A stretch of 64,000 bases of DNA from Chthoniobacterales bacterium (GCA_038207335.1 JBBQZX010000029.1:1-64000); one strand, 5' to 3'. Numbered from the stretch's first letter, positions 1 through 12,705 are shown. Notes: generated by a model not told the origin, from the sequence alone. Program-made: numbers and translations.

Positions 1-2
1 AT

Positions 3-2177
3 GGCATCTCCCCCAATGCCGTCGCGGAACGCGCGCGCGACAAGGAAGTGCACAAGCACCACCTTGCTTCCCTTGTCGCAAGCAGCGCGGATATCACCCA
101 ATTCGTGCAGGAAAACGTGGCTGCCTTCAACGGCGCCTCGCTTGACAGGACCAACTACGATCTACTGCATGAACTGCTCGAGGCCCAGGCGTACCGCCTG
201 GCCTACTGGCGCGTGGCGGCGGAGGAAATCAATTACCGGCGTTTCTTCGACATCAACAATCTCGCGGCATTGCGAATGGAATTGCCCGAAGTTTTCGAGG
301 CCGTGCACGGGCTCGTTTTCGAACTGATCGGCGCGGGCGCAGCGACCGGTCTTCGCATCGATCACATCGATGGATTGTGGGATCCGCACGCGTATCTCGC
401 CGAACTGCAGCGGCGCGCGCGCGAACTCGTCGGCGCGGAGGGCGAGGAAAAGCCGCTCTATTTGCTGGTCGAGAAAATCCTGGAGCACGACGAGCATTTG
501 CACGCGGATTGGGCTGTGCATGGGACGACCGGCTATGAGTTTGCGACGCAGGTCACGGCAGTGCTCATCGACCGCGAGGCGGAGGCCGATTTCACGGCAA
601 CTTACGCGAAATTCGTTGGGGCAAAGCAGTCGTATTCCGAGATCGTTTATCGCAGCAAACTCGTGACGATGCGCGTCTCGATGGCGAGCGAAGTGAACGT
701 GCTCGGGCACATGCTGAACATCATCTCCGAGACGAATCGCTGGTATCGCGATTTCACCGTGAATGCTTTGACCACGGCCATCCGCGAGGTGATCGCCTGC
801 TTCCCGGCGTATCGCACCTATATTTCGCCAGCGGGCGAAATGAGCGAGGCTGACAAACGCATGATCCTGCGCGCTATCGGCGTGGCGCGGCGGCGAAATC
901 CCGCGCTGGAGCGCACGGTTTTCGAGTTTCTGCGCGACGTGCTGATTCCTTCCGCGGACAACCCGCATCCGGTCTATGAAAAGGCGCGAAGGGAGTTCGT
1001 GATGAAATTCCAGCAATGCACTGGGCCGATCACGGCGAAGGGCGTCGAGGACACTTCGTTCTACGTCTATAACCGGCTGATCGCGCTGAACGAGGTCGGC
1101 GGCGATCCGGGGAAATTCGGCGCGGATGCGGGGACGTTTCACGCGCAGAATGCGGCGCGCCTGGCGGAATTTCCGCACTCGATGCTGGCCACCTCGACGC
1201 ATGACACGAAGCGCAGCGAAGACGTGCGCGCGCGGCTCGCGGCGCTCTCGGAGCTGCCTGCCGAATGGGGGCGCGCGCTGCGCCGATGGAGCGCGGCGAA
1301 TCGAAAACATAAGACCGAGATCGACGGCGAAATGGCGCCGGATGCGAACGAGGAATACCTGCTCTACCAAACATTGCTCGGGAGCTGGCCGCTGGAGCCG
1401 ATGTCCGCGGAAGAGCTTCAAGACTACATCCAGCGCATCCAGGCCTACATGCAGAAAGCGCTGCACGAGGCGAAAGTGAACAGCAGTTGGATCGAGCCGA
1501 ACGCGGCGTGGGACAGCGCCTCGGATGAGTTTGTCGCTAAAATCTTAACGCCTGGTCGCTCGAACAAATTCCCCGAACTGTTCGCGCCGCTCGCTGCGCG
1601 AATTGCGGAAGCTGGCGCGATCAATTCGCTGTCACAGCTCGTGCTGAAACTCACGGCGCCGGGAGTGCCCGACATTTATCAGGGTCAGGAGATGTGGGAT
1701 TTCAGCCTCGTGGATCCCGATAACCGCAGACCGGTCGATTTTGAACACCGAAAAGCGCAGCTTGCATCGCTCGCCAAAAATCATGATCCGGCGGATTTGC
1801 TCGCGAACTGGCGCGACGGAAGGCTCAAACTTTTCACGACGCAGATGTTGCTGCGTTTTCGGCGTGGAAATTCGGCGCTTTTCGGCCACGGCGGCTATAC
1901 GCCGGTCACGACTGAGGGTGTCTTTGATGAGTGCTGCATCGCGTTTCACCGCTCAGATGAAGACTCAGAAATCTTAGTCGCGGTGCCGCGCCTGAGCCTC
2001 CGTGTCGCATCGCCGCCAATCGGCGATGCGTGGGGGAACACACGACTCGGTTTCAATGTGTGCGGCGACTGGCGCGACGTGGTGACCGGCCGTGAATACA
2101 GCGCCGGTCAAGATCTGCGCCTTGCCGACGTCTTTCGCGACCTGCCGTTCGCGGTGCTCGCGAGGAGTGCGCACTAA
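3..2177 (+). CDS. treY: Malto-oligosyltrehalose synthase (GH13), 5'-truncated by the window edge
   Basis: Frame is open from position 3. Motifs INYRRFFDIN, GLRIDHIDGLWDP, VEKIL, GTTGYEF, STHDTKRSEDVRAR, PGVPDIYQG, SLVDPDNRRPVD. Confidence 0.95.
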   Translation, partial: GISPNAVAERARDKEVHKHHLASLVASSADITQFVQENVAAFNGASLDRTNYDLLHELLEAQAYRLAYWRVAAEEINYRRFFDINNLAALRMELPEVFEAVHGLVFELIGAGAATGLRIDHIDGLWDPHAYLAELQRRARELVGAEGEEKPLYLLVEKILEHDEHLHADWAVHGTTGYEFATQVTAVLIDREAEADFTATYAKFVGAKQSYSEIVYRSKLVTMRVSMASEVNVLGHMLNIISETNRWYRDFTVNALTTAIREVIACFPAYRTYISPAGEMSEADKRMILRAIGVARRRNPALERTVFEFLRDVLIPSADNPHPVYEKARREFVMKFQQCTGPITAKGVEDTSFYVYNRLIALNEVGGDPGKFGADAGTFHAQNAARLAEFPHSMLATSTHDTKRSEDVRARLAALSELPAEWGRALRRWSAANRKHKTEIDGEMAPDANEEYLLYQTLLGSWPLEPMSAEELQDYIQRIQAYMQKALHEAKVNSSWIEPNAAWDSASDEFVAKILTPGRSNKFPELFAPLAARIAEAGAINSLSQLVLKLTAPGVPDIYQGQEMWDFSLVDPDNRRPVDFEHRKAQLASLAKNHDPADLLANWRDGRLKLFTTQMLLRFRRGNSALFGHGGYTPVTTEGVFDECCIAFHRSDEDSEILVAVPRLSLRVASPPIGDAWGNTRLGFNVCGDWRDVVTGREYSAGQDLRLADVFRDLPFAVLARSAH

Positions 2178-2180
2178 TCG

Positions 2181-3605
2181 TCAACCACGCGAGGCGAGGT
2201 AAAGTTCGGCGAGACGATGGCGGCTGATTTTCCCGCGCTCGTTCGTCGGAATTTCGTCGAGGAGCCAGATGTCTTTCGGCGTCTGCCATGCACTGAGTCG
2301 AGCATGGCAATGGCGGAGAATCTCGGTCGCATTCGTCCCCGGCAAAGCAACGATACACGCGACCGGCTCCTCTCCGCGGAGAGAGGATGGAATTCCGAAA
2401 ACGACCGCCTGCAGCACTGCAGGATGACTTCCAATCTGACCTTCGATCTCGATAGGATTGAGCTTTCGCCCAGCCACATTGATGACGTCCGAGGCGCGTC
2501 CCGCAATACACATCTCCTCGCCGCTCCAACGGATCAAATCGGTGGGAATGAACCGCTCGAAGGAAAGGGCCTCGGCAGTTTCAATCCCCAGCGGTTCCGC
2601 GCTCGCGGGAAAATATCCATCGCCGACCGCGGCGCTTCGCACCTCTATGGGCGCGAGCTCCGCGCCGTACGAGCGCGTGATCCTCACTCCGCGCATTGGC
2701 GTGCCCACAAAGCCATCATCGCCTCCGAAACCGGCATCGTCGTAGGCGATGCCGCCGCACTCGGAGGCTCCGTAAAATGTGTGGATTCGAAGGTGGAACT
2801 TTTCGCGGAAACGCACCGCAGCGCTGCGCGGGAGAGGCGCGCCAGCCGAGATGCAGAGCCGCAGCGATGGGAGCGCAGCGGTGTTTTCAAGTTCCGCGAG
2901 CTTTTGGAAAAAGACCGGCATTCCTGGGAAAACCGTCGCTCCGGTGGTGGCGAGTCCGTGGAGAATTGCGCGCGGCATCCGGTCTTCGCTCGCGACCAGC
3001 GGCACTCCGAATGCGAGGAGCGGTGTGAGCAAATTGCTGAATCCGTACGAGTGCGAAAACGGAATGACGCCGAAATTCACGTCGCCTTCGGTAATGCCCA
3101 TCGTCGCGCAAATATTCTCGGCATCGGCGAGCAACTGGTGCGCGCGAAACCGCACAGCCCGCGGCGCGGAGGTCGTGCCGGAAGTGAGCTTCAGCAGGTC
3201 GGGCGCGAGCCCATTCCAGTCGGGCGCGGGACCTGCCACGCGCGCCGAGATGCGGATCTCATCGCCCTCCGAAGTGAGGAGCGACGCGACACCACAGGTT
3301 TCGAGCGCGAGTTCAAGCTCGCCCGAGTCCATGTGCCGCCCGAGCGGAAGCACGACGATTCCGGCACGAAAAAGCGCGAGAAGGACAGCGGGCCAGGTTG
3401 CGCTATTGCCGATCTGCACGCCTACAATCGAGCCGGGAATCAAGCTAGCAAGCTGGCTGGCGAGCGATCCAGACTCTTTTTCGATGTCGCGGAAAGTGCG
3501 CACCACGCTGCCATCCGCGTAGAAAATCGCGGGCGTATCTGCGAGTCTCGCGAGCGTTGCGCTCCATGCGGAAAGGAGCGCGTTGTTCGACGAGGATTGA
3601 GTCAC
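2181..3605 (-). CDS. Class I adenylate-forming enzyme (acyl-CoA synthetase / AMP-binding family)
   Basis: LTSGTTSAP P-loop, YGASECGG, GRASDVINVAGRK, PTNERGK. GTG start at 3605 inferred; the longer ORF overlaps rpmE. Confidence 0.85.
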   Translation of the reverse strand: MTQSSSNNALLSAWSATLARLADTPAIFYADGSVVRTFRDIEKESGSLASQLASLIPGSIVGVQIGNSATWPAVLLALFRAGIVVLPLGRHMDSGELELALETCGVASLLTSEGDEIRISARVAGPAPDWNGLAPDLLKLTSGTTSAPRAVRFRAHQLLADAENICATMGITEGDVNFGVIPFSHSYGFSNLLTPLLAFGVPLVASEDRMPRAILHGLATTGATVFPGMPVFFQKLAELENTAALPSLRLCISAGAPLPRSAAVRFREKFHLRIHTFYGASECGGIAYDDAGFGGDDGFVGTPMRGVRITRSYGAELAPIEVRSAAVGDGYFPASAEPLGIETAEALSFERFIPTDLIRWSGEEMCIAGRASDVINVAGRKLNPIEIEGQIGSHPAVLQAVVFGIPSSLRGEEPVACIVALPGTNATEILRHCHARLSAWQTPKDIWLLDEIPTNERGKISRHRLAELYLASRG

Positions 3606-3674
3606 AAAATCAGGAACGTCTTTTTGATTGCAAGCTAGGGCGAGATTGGTAGTCTCTACCTCCCTTTTCCAGCC

Positions 3675-3896
3675 ATGAAAGCCGATATTCATCCCAAATA
3701 CGAGTCCACTACGATCGCCTGCGCGTGCGGCACTGCCTACCACACGCGCTCTACCCGCCGCGATTTGAAGATCGGCATTTGCGCCGCATGCCATCCGTTT
3801 TTCACCGGTGAGCAGAAATTCATCGATACCGCAGGGCGCATCGAGAAATTCTCGCGCCGGTACTCGGGCATGCCTACTCGCGCAAAGAAATCTTAG
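3675..3896 (+). CDS. rpmE: 50S ribosomal protein L31 (Cys-containing type)
   Basis: MKADIHPKY...CACG...[24 protein letters not shown]. Confidence 0.97.
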   Translation: MKADIHPKYESTTIACACGTAYHTRSTRRDLKIGICAACHPFFTGEQKFIDTAGRIEKFSRRYSGMPTRAKKS

Positions 3897-3918
3897 TTCA
3901 GACTCGAAAAACTTTCAG

Positions 3919-3958
3919 ACGGTGAAGGTGCCACGCGCGCCTTCACCGTTTTCTTTTT
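3919..3958 (+). terminator. Intrinsic terminator-like hairpin after rpmE
   Basis: ACGGTGAAGG...CCTTCACCGT stem followed by TTTCTTTTT. Confidence 0.65.
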
Positions 3959-3962
3959 CGCC

Positions 3963-5054
3963 ATGGATTTCGCGCCACTCATCGTAAAAAAGGCCGACCG
4001 TTTTCGTGAACTCGAAGCGGAAATCGGCTCAGGAAATCTTTACGACGATCCGCGCCGCGCGAAGGAGTTGTTGCGCGAACACACTCGCTCGAAGGAGCTG
4101 CTCGCGAGCTGGGAGGAACTCCAGAAGGCGCAACGCGAACTCGGCGAGAATCAAGAACTCGCGAATGGCGAGGACAAGGAATTCGCGGACATGGCGCGGG
4201 CGGAAATTCCTGCGCTGCAGAAACGAATCGCGGAGCTTGAGCTCGCGGTGCAATTCGCGCTCCTGCCCCCCGACCCAAATGAGGATCGCGATGCGATCGT
4301 GGAACTGCGCGCAGGCACTGGCGGCGATGAGGCGGCGATTTTTGCGGGCGACTTATATCGGATGTATTCGCGATTCGCGGAGGCGAGTGGGCTGAAGATC
4401 GAACCGATGGAATCAAGCGTGTCCGACATGGGAGGCTTCCGCGAGATGATCTTCCGTGTCACCGGCCAGTCGGTCTTTCGCAAGCTGCGATACGAGAGCG
4501 GCGTACATCGCGTGCAGCGCGTGCCGGCGACCGAGGCACAAGGGCGAATTCACACTTCGACCGCGACCGTCGCGGTGCTGCCAGAAGCGGAGGAGGTTGA
4601 TTTTGAACTCAAGCCGGACGACCTTCGAATCGACGTCTGCCGGTCAGGCGGACCCGGCGGGCAAGGCGTAAATACGACCGACTCCGCGGTGCAGGTGCTG
4701 CATATCCCGACTGGCACCATCGTGCGATGTCAGGACGGACGGAGCCAAATCAAGAACAAGGAGAAGGCGTTGCAAATCCTGCGTTCCCGGCTGCTGCAGC
4801 GGAAACAGGACGAGGAGGCGGAGAAATATGCGGCGCATCGCAAAAGCCAGATCGGATCAGGAAGTCGCAGCGAAAAAGGGCGGACCTACAACTACCCGCA
4901 GAACCGAGTTACCGATCACCGGATCAATCTCACGCTATACAATCTGGATTCCTTCATGGAGGGAAACATCGCGCCGATGATCGAGGCGCTGCAGACGCAG
5001 GACATGGAGGAGCGCCTCGCCGAGGCAAACGCAGGCGCTGCTGCGGCTCATTGA
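3963..5054 (+). CDS. prfA: Peptide chain release factor 1
   Basis: ESGVHRVQRVPATE (PxT motif), GPGGQGVNTTDSAV (GGQ), RTYNYPQNRVTDHRI; followed by prmC. Confidence 0.97.
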   Translation: MDFAPLIVKKADRFRELEAEIGSGNLYDDPRRAKELLREHTRSKELLASWEELQKAQRELGENQELANGEDKEFADMARAEIPALQKRIAELELAVQFALLPPDPNEDRDAIVELRAGTGGDEAAIFAGDLYRMYSRFAEASGLKIEPMESSVSDMGGFREMIFRVTGQSVFRKLRYESGVHRVQRVPATEAQGRIHTSTATVAVLPEAEEVDFELKPDDLRIDVCRSGGPGGQGVNTTDSAVQVLHIPTGTIVRCQDGRSQIKNKEKALQILRSRLLQRKQDEEAEKYAAHRKSQIGSGSRSEKGRTYNYPQNRVTDHRINLTLYNLDSFMEGNIAPMIEALQTQDMEERLAEANAGAAAAH

Positions 5055-5078
5055 CACGGCTTAAGCGGTGGAACTGGC

Positions 5079-5901
5079 ATGAAAACCGTCCTCGATGTCA
5101 TTCAGGCGACGGCGCCATTTTTCAAGAAGCATAGTGTCGAGAACGGGCGACTGAACATTGAGCATCTGCTCGCGCATGTGCTTGGGAAGAAGCGGATGGA
5201 TTTGTATGTGGAATTCGATCAACCGGTCGCGGATCAAGCGCTGGACGAGCTCCGCGAGCTGGTGCGCAGGCGCGCTGCGGGTGAGCCTTTGCAGCATTTG
5301 CTCGGGACGGCGGAGTTTTTCGGACGCACTTTTTTATCCGACAAACGCGGGCTGGTCCCGCGCCCGGAGACTGAGCAACTCGTGGAATTGATCCTCGCCG
5401 AACGTCGCGACTTCAAGCGTGCGCTGGATGTCGGAACGGGCAGCGGGGTGATCGCGCTTACGCTTGCAGAGGAGATGCCGGAAGCGAGGGTGGAAGCGGT
5501 CGATTTTTCGGAAGATGCGCTGGCGCTGGCGCGCGAAAATTCGACGCGACTCGGGCTCACGGACCGGGTGCGATTTTTGCGCAGCGATCTGCTCGGCAGT
5601 GCGGAGGGCGAGTTCGATCTGATCGTAGCAAATCTTCCCTACATCGACTCGGCGGTCGTTCCGACGCTGCCGCGAGAGGTGCAGCACGATCCCGCGTCCG
5701 CGCTGGATGGTGGCGCGGGCGGGCTGGAGTTACTCACGCGTCTCATCGCGGATGCGCCGCGGTTTTTGCGCGGGCGGCTCGCTCTGGAGATCGGTCACGA
5801 CCAAACCGCACAGCTCAGTGAGAAACTCGTGCTCAATAATTTTTCCGACATCCGCCCCATTTGCGATTACCAAGGGCGCAACCGATTTCTCTTCGCAACT
5901 C

Positions 5902-5909
<8 letters not shown>
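5079..5909 (+). CDS. prmC: Release factor glutamine methyltransferase
   Basis: [33 protein letters not shown]; directly after prfA. Confidence 0.95.
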
Positions 5910-8369
<2,460 letters not shown>

Positions 8370-10109
8370 TTATTTCAAGCCGCCGCGAGCCTCGGTGCGG
8401 TATCCCACGCGCTTCGGCGCAGGAGCGATGCCGGGCTTCGGATAGTCAGCAGCGACTTGGCGCTCGGAGGTCGGCACGAGGCGGATCGCGCCTTTCGCGT
8501 TGTTGCGCCAGCCATTCGGGTCGGCGAACTCTTCGCCGCTGTGATGAAGCCCGGTAACTTGATCTTCCAGCCCCGTGCCGTAGCCCTGCTGGATGATTGT
8601 GGGCGTCACAAAGATCAGCAAATTGCGCTTAGTGCGGGAGTTCATCTTTTCCTGAAACGCGTATCCGATGAGCGGGATGTCACCGAGAACCGGAACTTTC
8701 GTGCGGCCTTTCGTCACCTCGTCCTGCAGCAGGCCGCCGATGGCGAGCGTATCGCCACTCTTGATGAGCACGTTGGAGTTGAGTTCGCGTTTGTCGATGA
8801 TCGGGCTGAGCACCGTCGCGCCGCCGAAGGTGAATGCAGCGTCACCAACTTTGTTGCTGATCGTCGGTTTCACGAGCAGCGACACGAAATCGTCCTTATT
8901 GATGGATGGCGTGACCTCGAGCGTGTTCCCGAATTCCTTGTCCTGAAATCCACTGAAAACTGCCTGCGCCGTTTGCTCGTTGAAGTTAAGTTGGGGTACC
9001 GGCTGCGCCCGAGTAATTTTGATTTCGGCCTTCAGATTGTTCGCCGTCACAACGCGCGGATTGGCGAGAAACTCGGCGTCGCTGTCTTCATTCAAAAGGC
9101 GAAGCGTGGCGGACATTGTCGGCACGCTGAGGATCGCGAATTGCCCCCCGACCGCATTTGCGAGCGAGCTGATTTTGTTGCCTTGGCGCAGCAACTCCTG
9201 CGGTTGAAATGCACCGTTCACCGGATTCGTCACCACGGCCGGCAGAGTGCCTATCGTCGGAACGCCATTCGTCACCGTCGCAGTGGCAGTCGTCGTGCCG
9301 CCATATTTGAAGAGCTGCGGATTCGCCGCGCTGCCGACCACCCCGCCCCAGTTGATCCCATAGCTCTGCTTCGGATTCGCGGTCACCTCCACTAGTCGCG
9401 CCTCGATCATCACCTGCTGCGTGGGCCGGTCGATCGAGCTGAGGAAAAGCAGGATTTTCGCGACATTCGATTTCGCTTCGCGAAAGAAAACGGTGTTTGT
9501 CCGCTGGTCGAATTGAGGCGCCACCGCGCTCTGAAGTTGCGTGGCGAGCAGCGGCAGCACGTCCTTCGCTTGCGCATAGCTCATTGTGAAACTCGCGCTC
9601 TCGGTCGGCTCCTTCGCTTTTTCCTCCTGCGTCTTCACGAAATAGACGCCTTCCTTGTCATCCATGATCAACCCCTTCGAATCGACAATGATTTGAATCG
9701 CTTGGAGCGGTGTTTTGTTCTCGATGCGCGCCGTTACTTTCGCCTCCGGCGTGGAAACTTTCTCGCTCACAATGAGCGTGACGCCTGCCTGCCGGGCGAG
9801 CGTCCGCAGTACAAGACCGATGTCGTCGCCTTGGAATTCATTCAGCCGCGCGGAATTCGGCGGGAGTGTCGTGGAAGGTGTCGTCGCACCATCGAAAGAC
9901 GGCGGCACCACCAGCTCCGGAGAGTTAGTCTGGAGCGGAGGATCGATCGGCACAGGCGCTGCCAGATTTGTGACCGTGGTCGCGGCAGGAGCCGTGGCCG
10001 CAGGCGGTTGTGAGTTGATCGGCGGCGCGATGGCCGCGGGATCCTGAGCGAGCGCCGAAGCGGCAGCGAAGACGCTAAGTGCGCGGAGTGAAGAAGAGAT
10101 TTTAGCCAT
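8370..10109 (-). CDS. Outer-membrane secretin (PilQ/GspD family)
   Basis: Signal peptide, Pro-rich linker, N-domains (FDQRTNTVF), QVMIEARLVEV, LANPRVVT, LEVTPSIN, GDTLAIGGLL, KVPVLGDIPLIG, LLIFVTPTII. Confidence 0.92.
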   Translation of the reverse strand: MAKISSSLRALSVFAAASALAQDPAAIAPPINSQPPAATAPAATTVTNLAAPVPIDPPLQTNSPELVVPPSFDGATTPSTTLPPNSARLNEFQGDDIGLVLRTLARQAGVTLIVSEKVSTPEAKVTARIENKTPLQAIQIIVDSKGLIMDDKEGVYFVKTQEEKAKEPTESASFTMSYAQAKDVLPLLATQLQSAVAPQFDQRTNTVFFREAKSNVAKILLFLSSIDRPTQQVMIEARLVEVTANPKQSYGINWGGVVGSAANPQLFKYGGTTTATATVTNGVPTIGTLPAVVTNPVNGAFQPQELLRQGNKISSLANAVGGQFAILSVPTMSATLRLLNEDSDAEFLANPRVVTANNLKAEIKITRAQPVPQLNFNEQTAQAVFSGFQDKEFGNTLEVTPSINKDDFVSLLVKPTISNKVGDAAFTFGGATVLSPIIDKRELNSNVLIKSGDTLAIGGLLQDEVTKGRTKVPVLGDIPLIGYAFQEKMNSRTKRNLLIFVTPTIIQQGYGTGLEDQVTGLHHSGEEFADPNGWRNNAKGAIRLVPTSERQVAADYPKPGIAPAPKRVGYRTEARGGLK

Positions 10110-10157
10110 GATTGTGGTTGAGCTTTTCTGAGGTTGGGAACGTGTGAACTTGGGAAA

Positions 10158-10173
10158 AGCGCGATGCGTGCCA
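10158..10173 (-). promoter_or_regulatory. Candidate sigma-54 (-24/-12) promoter for the secretin gene
   Basis: Minus strand reads TGGCACGCATCGCGCT: perfect TGGCACG and GG-N10-GC spacing, about 50 nt upstream of the ATG; the -12 box is imperfect. Confidence 0.45.
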
Positions 10174-10378
10174 CGAGGCGAAGGAGTCGAAAAAATGAGA
10201 CTTTCCTCTCGCAAACGAGACTTTCGCCATCTCAACTTTGCGGATTCGAGAATCGGCGCTGTAGTCCAGAGGTTTGGCAGAATCCTGAAACCATCCCGCA
10301 TCCACACCCGCGCCGCGATCAACGTCACCGCTGACAACGCTGTTGAGCGAAATAGCCATGTGCGGTTGAATACCCCGC

Positions 10379-11065
10379 ATGATGACCCGAACCGCGAGTT
10401 GCTTCATCGCACTCACTCTCCTCCTACCGCGTCTGCCGGCACACAGCCTCCACGCCGCCGACACCACCGCCGCTCCTTCCAAATGGGAAAAGGAAATCTC
10501 CGCCTTCGATGTCGCCGACCGCGAGCACCCGCCGGAGAAAGGCGGCATCGTTTTCGTCGGCAGCTCCAGCATCCGCATGTGGACGACACTCGCGAAGGAC
10601 TTCCCCGATTTTCACGTCGTGAACCGCGGCTTCGGTGGCTCCGAAATCTCCGACTCCGTGCAATACGCCGACCGCCTCATCTTCCCGCAGGAGCCACGGC
10701 TCATCGTGATGTATGCGGGCGGCAACGACATCCACGCCCGCAAATCGCCGGAGCGCGTGCTGAGCGATTTTAAGGCATTTACCGAGAAAGTCCGCGCGCA
10801 TTCTCCCAAAGTCGAAATCGCATACATTGCGATCTCCCCGAATCCCTCGCGCTGGGCCGAGATCGAGAAAGTGAAGGCCGCAAACGCCGCGATCGAGGCC
10901 TACATCAAAGAGCAGCCGAACATGAAATTCATCGACACCTACTCCCACATGCTCGGCACCGACGGACTCCCGCTTCCGGGCATTTTCCGCGACGACAAGC
11001 TGCACATGAACGCCGAGGGCTACAAAATCTGGACCGGCGTGATCCGCCCGTATCTCGGTCCGTAG
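10379..11065 (+). CDS. Secreted SGNH/GDSL-family hydrolase
   Basis: Signal peptide; VFVGSSSI, NRGFGGS, YAGGND, DDKLH blocks. Confidence 0.9.
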   Translation: MMTRTASCFIALTLLLPRLPAHSLHAADTTAAPSKWEKEISAFDVADREHPPEKGGIVFVGSSSIRMWTTLAKDFPDFHVVNRGFGGSEISDSVQYADRLIFPQEPRLIVMYAGGNDIHARKSPERVLSDFKAFTEKVRAHSPKVEIAYIAISPNPSRWAEIEKVKAANAAIEAYIKEQPNMKFIDTYSHMLGTDGLPLPGIFRDDKLHMNAEGYKIWTGVIRPYLGP

Positions 11066-11077
11066 CGCTCGCCCGCG

Positions 11078-11311
11078 ATGCGAAATATCTTCACCAACAT
11101 GCTCGCGCGCATGAGCCCGCGGGCGAAAATCATCGGCGCTGCGATCGTCGCTTTTGTCATCGGCATGATGCTGCGCGGCGGCAGCGCGAGCAACGGGCGC
11201 TACATGCCATGCGGCAACTCTCCGAACTTCGTGCTCGACACGCAGAACGGCTCCGCGTGGCAGCTTGACGGCAACCGATACCGGCGCATCGGCTCGATGC
11301 CCGCGTGGTGA
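11078..11311 (+). CDS. Small single-pass membrane hypothetical protein
   Basis: 77-aa ORF 12 nt after the SGNH gene, hydrophobic IIGAAIVAFVIGMML segment, codon usage like its neighbours. Confidence 0.6.
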   Translation: MRNIFTNMLARMSPRAKIIGAAIVAFVIGMMLRGGSASNGRYMPCGNSPNFVLDTQNGSAWQLDGNRYRRIGSMPAW

Positions 11312-11402
11312 TTCGGCGAAAGGGCGGAGCGAAAATCCACCTCTCGCCGGCCACTGCCGATCGCTGCGGAAAGTCGGAACCGCATCTCGTTGTTTCCGAC
11401 CG

Positions 11403-11430
11403 CTCAACTCTCGATTAAAGACTCTCAACT
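11403..11430. repeat. CTCAACT heptamer-based repeat, inverted partner of 12706-12734
   Basis: CTCAACTCTCGATTAAAGACTCTCAACT resembles the reverse complement of 12706-12734 (CTCAGCTCTCGACTAAAAAACGCTTAACT). Confidence 0.6.
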
Positions 11431-11443
11431 TCCGCTTCGCATC

Positions 11444-12700
11444 GTGCGCTACCTCAAGGTCTCTCTTTTCATCGGCATTACCGTCAGCCTCATCGTCGCA
11501 GGCTTATTCGAGGGCGGCATCTTCCGCCCGCTCGATGCTTCGCTTTCGGCCTTTCTGGGACGCAGCGTGTCCGCCCCCCACCCGGCGCGCATCGCCCACC
11601 ACATCGTCGCCACGTTGCTCGCCATCGGCGTTACTTGGACCACGATCGACATAAGCCGCAATTCTCTGAAATTCGTCATCGCCGCCGGCGCCTTCGCGCA
11701 GGTCATCACCGCGACTTGGGTGCTAAATATCTTCGGCCTTTTCTTCTCTCCGTTTGGCAGCCTCGCGGCCATCGCGGGCAGCTTCATCGCCGGCATTTCA
11801 TATTCCCGCAGCGAAGGCGGGATGCGCAAGCGAGTCGTCCGCGGCATCTTCGGCGACCGCGTTTCAAAGCGCACATTCGCCGCCCTCGTGAATTCCACGA
11901 CGCCGCTGAATTTCACCGGCGAGATGCGCGAGGTCAGCGTCGTAGTCTGCGAAATCTTCAACCACGAGCGCCTCGCCGACGCGCTCCCCGTCGCCGATTA
12001 CGTCGCGATGAATAACGCATTTCTGCGCAACGCCGCGGACTTCCTCGTCGAGCGCGGCGGCTATCTCGATGAGTGTGATGGCGAAAGTCTGCGGGTCGTT
12101 TTCGGCACGCCGCTGCCGGATTCCCGCCACGCCACGCTCGCCTGCGAATCGGCCCTAGCGCTGGTCGAGCGGCTCGACGCGGTCAACGCCGAGTGTGCGC
12201 GCATCTGGCAGCAGACGTTCGATTTTCGCATTGGCGTGAACTCCGGCGAAATCGTCGTTGCCGCCTACGGCTCGCGCCGCCTCGGGAATTTCAGCGTCGC
12301 TGGCGAACCCGTCGAATTTGCCCGCCGCCTCTGCGCAGCGAACACGATCTATGGCTCGAAAATTCTCGTCGGTGCCGCAACGTTTTCCCAGACCGAGCAA
12401 GCGGTGGAGGTGCGCCCGATGGAGCTCATTCAGCGACGCGACGACGAACACAGCCGCGAGGAAATATACGAACTGCTCTCGCTGCGTGACGTGCTCACCG
12501 ACGAGGAGCGCGAGCGGCGCGATCTTTTCTGGAAAGGCATGGTCTATTACCGCGAGCGGCTCTGGGATGAAGCGCTCAATCTTTTCCACAGCGCGCGCCT
12601 CGCCGACGGCTCTGACGGCCCTGTGGAATTCTACATTCGCCGCATCAGCCAGCTCCGCGAAGGCCTCCCTGCCCTCGACGTGAACAGCTCACGTTTCTGA
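11444..12700 (+). CDS. Membrane-bound class III adenylate/guanylate cyclase-like protein with C-terminal TPR; catalytic motifs substituted
   Basis: About 4 TM helices; GEMREVSVVVCEI, GGYLDECDGES, FRIGVNSGE, VAGEPVEFARRL, YGSKILVG; TPR-like YYRERLWDEALNLF...DGP. GTG start at 11444 inferred. Confidence 0.85.
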   Translation: MRYLKVSLFIGITVSLIVAGLFEGGIFRPLDASLSAFLGRSVSAPHPARIAHHIVATLLAIGVTWTTIDISRNSLKFVIAAGAFAQVITATWVLNIFGLFFSPFGSLAAIAGSFIAGISYSRSEGGMRKRVVRGIFGDRVSKRTFAALVNSTTPLNFTGEMREVSVVVCEIFNHERLADALPVADYVAMNNAFLRNAADFLVERGGYLDECDGESLRVVFGTPLPDSRHATLACESALALVERLDAVNAECARIWQQTFDFRIGVNSGEIVVAAYGSRRLGNFSVAGEPVEFARRLCAANTIYGSKILVGAATFSQTEQAVEVRPMELIQRRDDEHSREEIYELLSLRDVLTDEERERRDLFWKGMVYYRERLWDEALNLFHSARLADGSDGPVEFYIRRISQLREGLPALDVNSSRF

Positions 12701-12705
12701 AGGAG

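Noticed and set aside
3963..5054. RF2 with programmed frameshift
   Set aside because: The ORF is continuous, has the PxT motif and is followed by prmC, so it is RF1.
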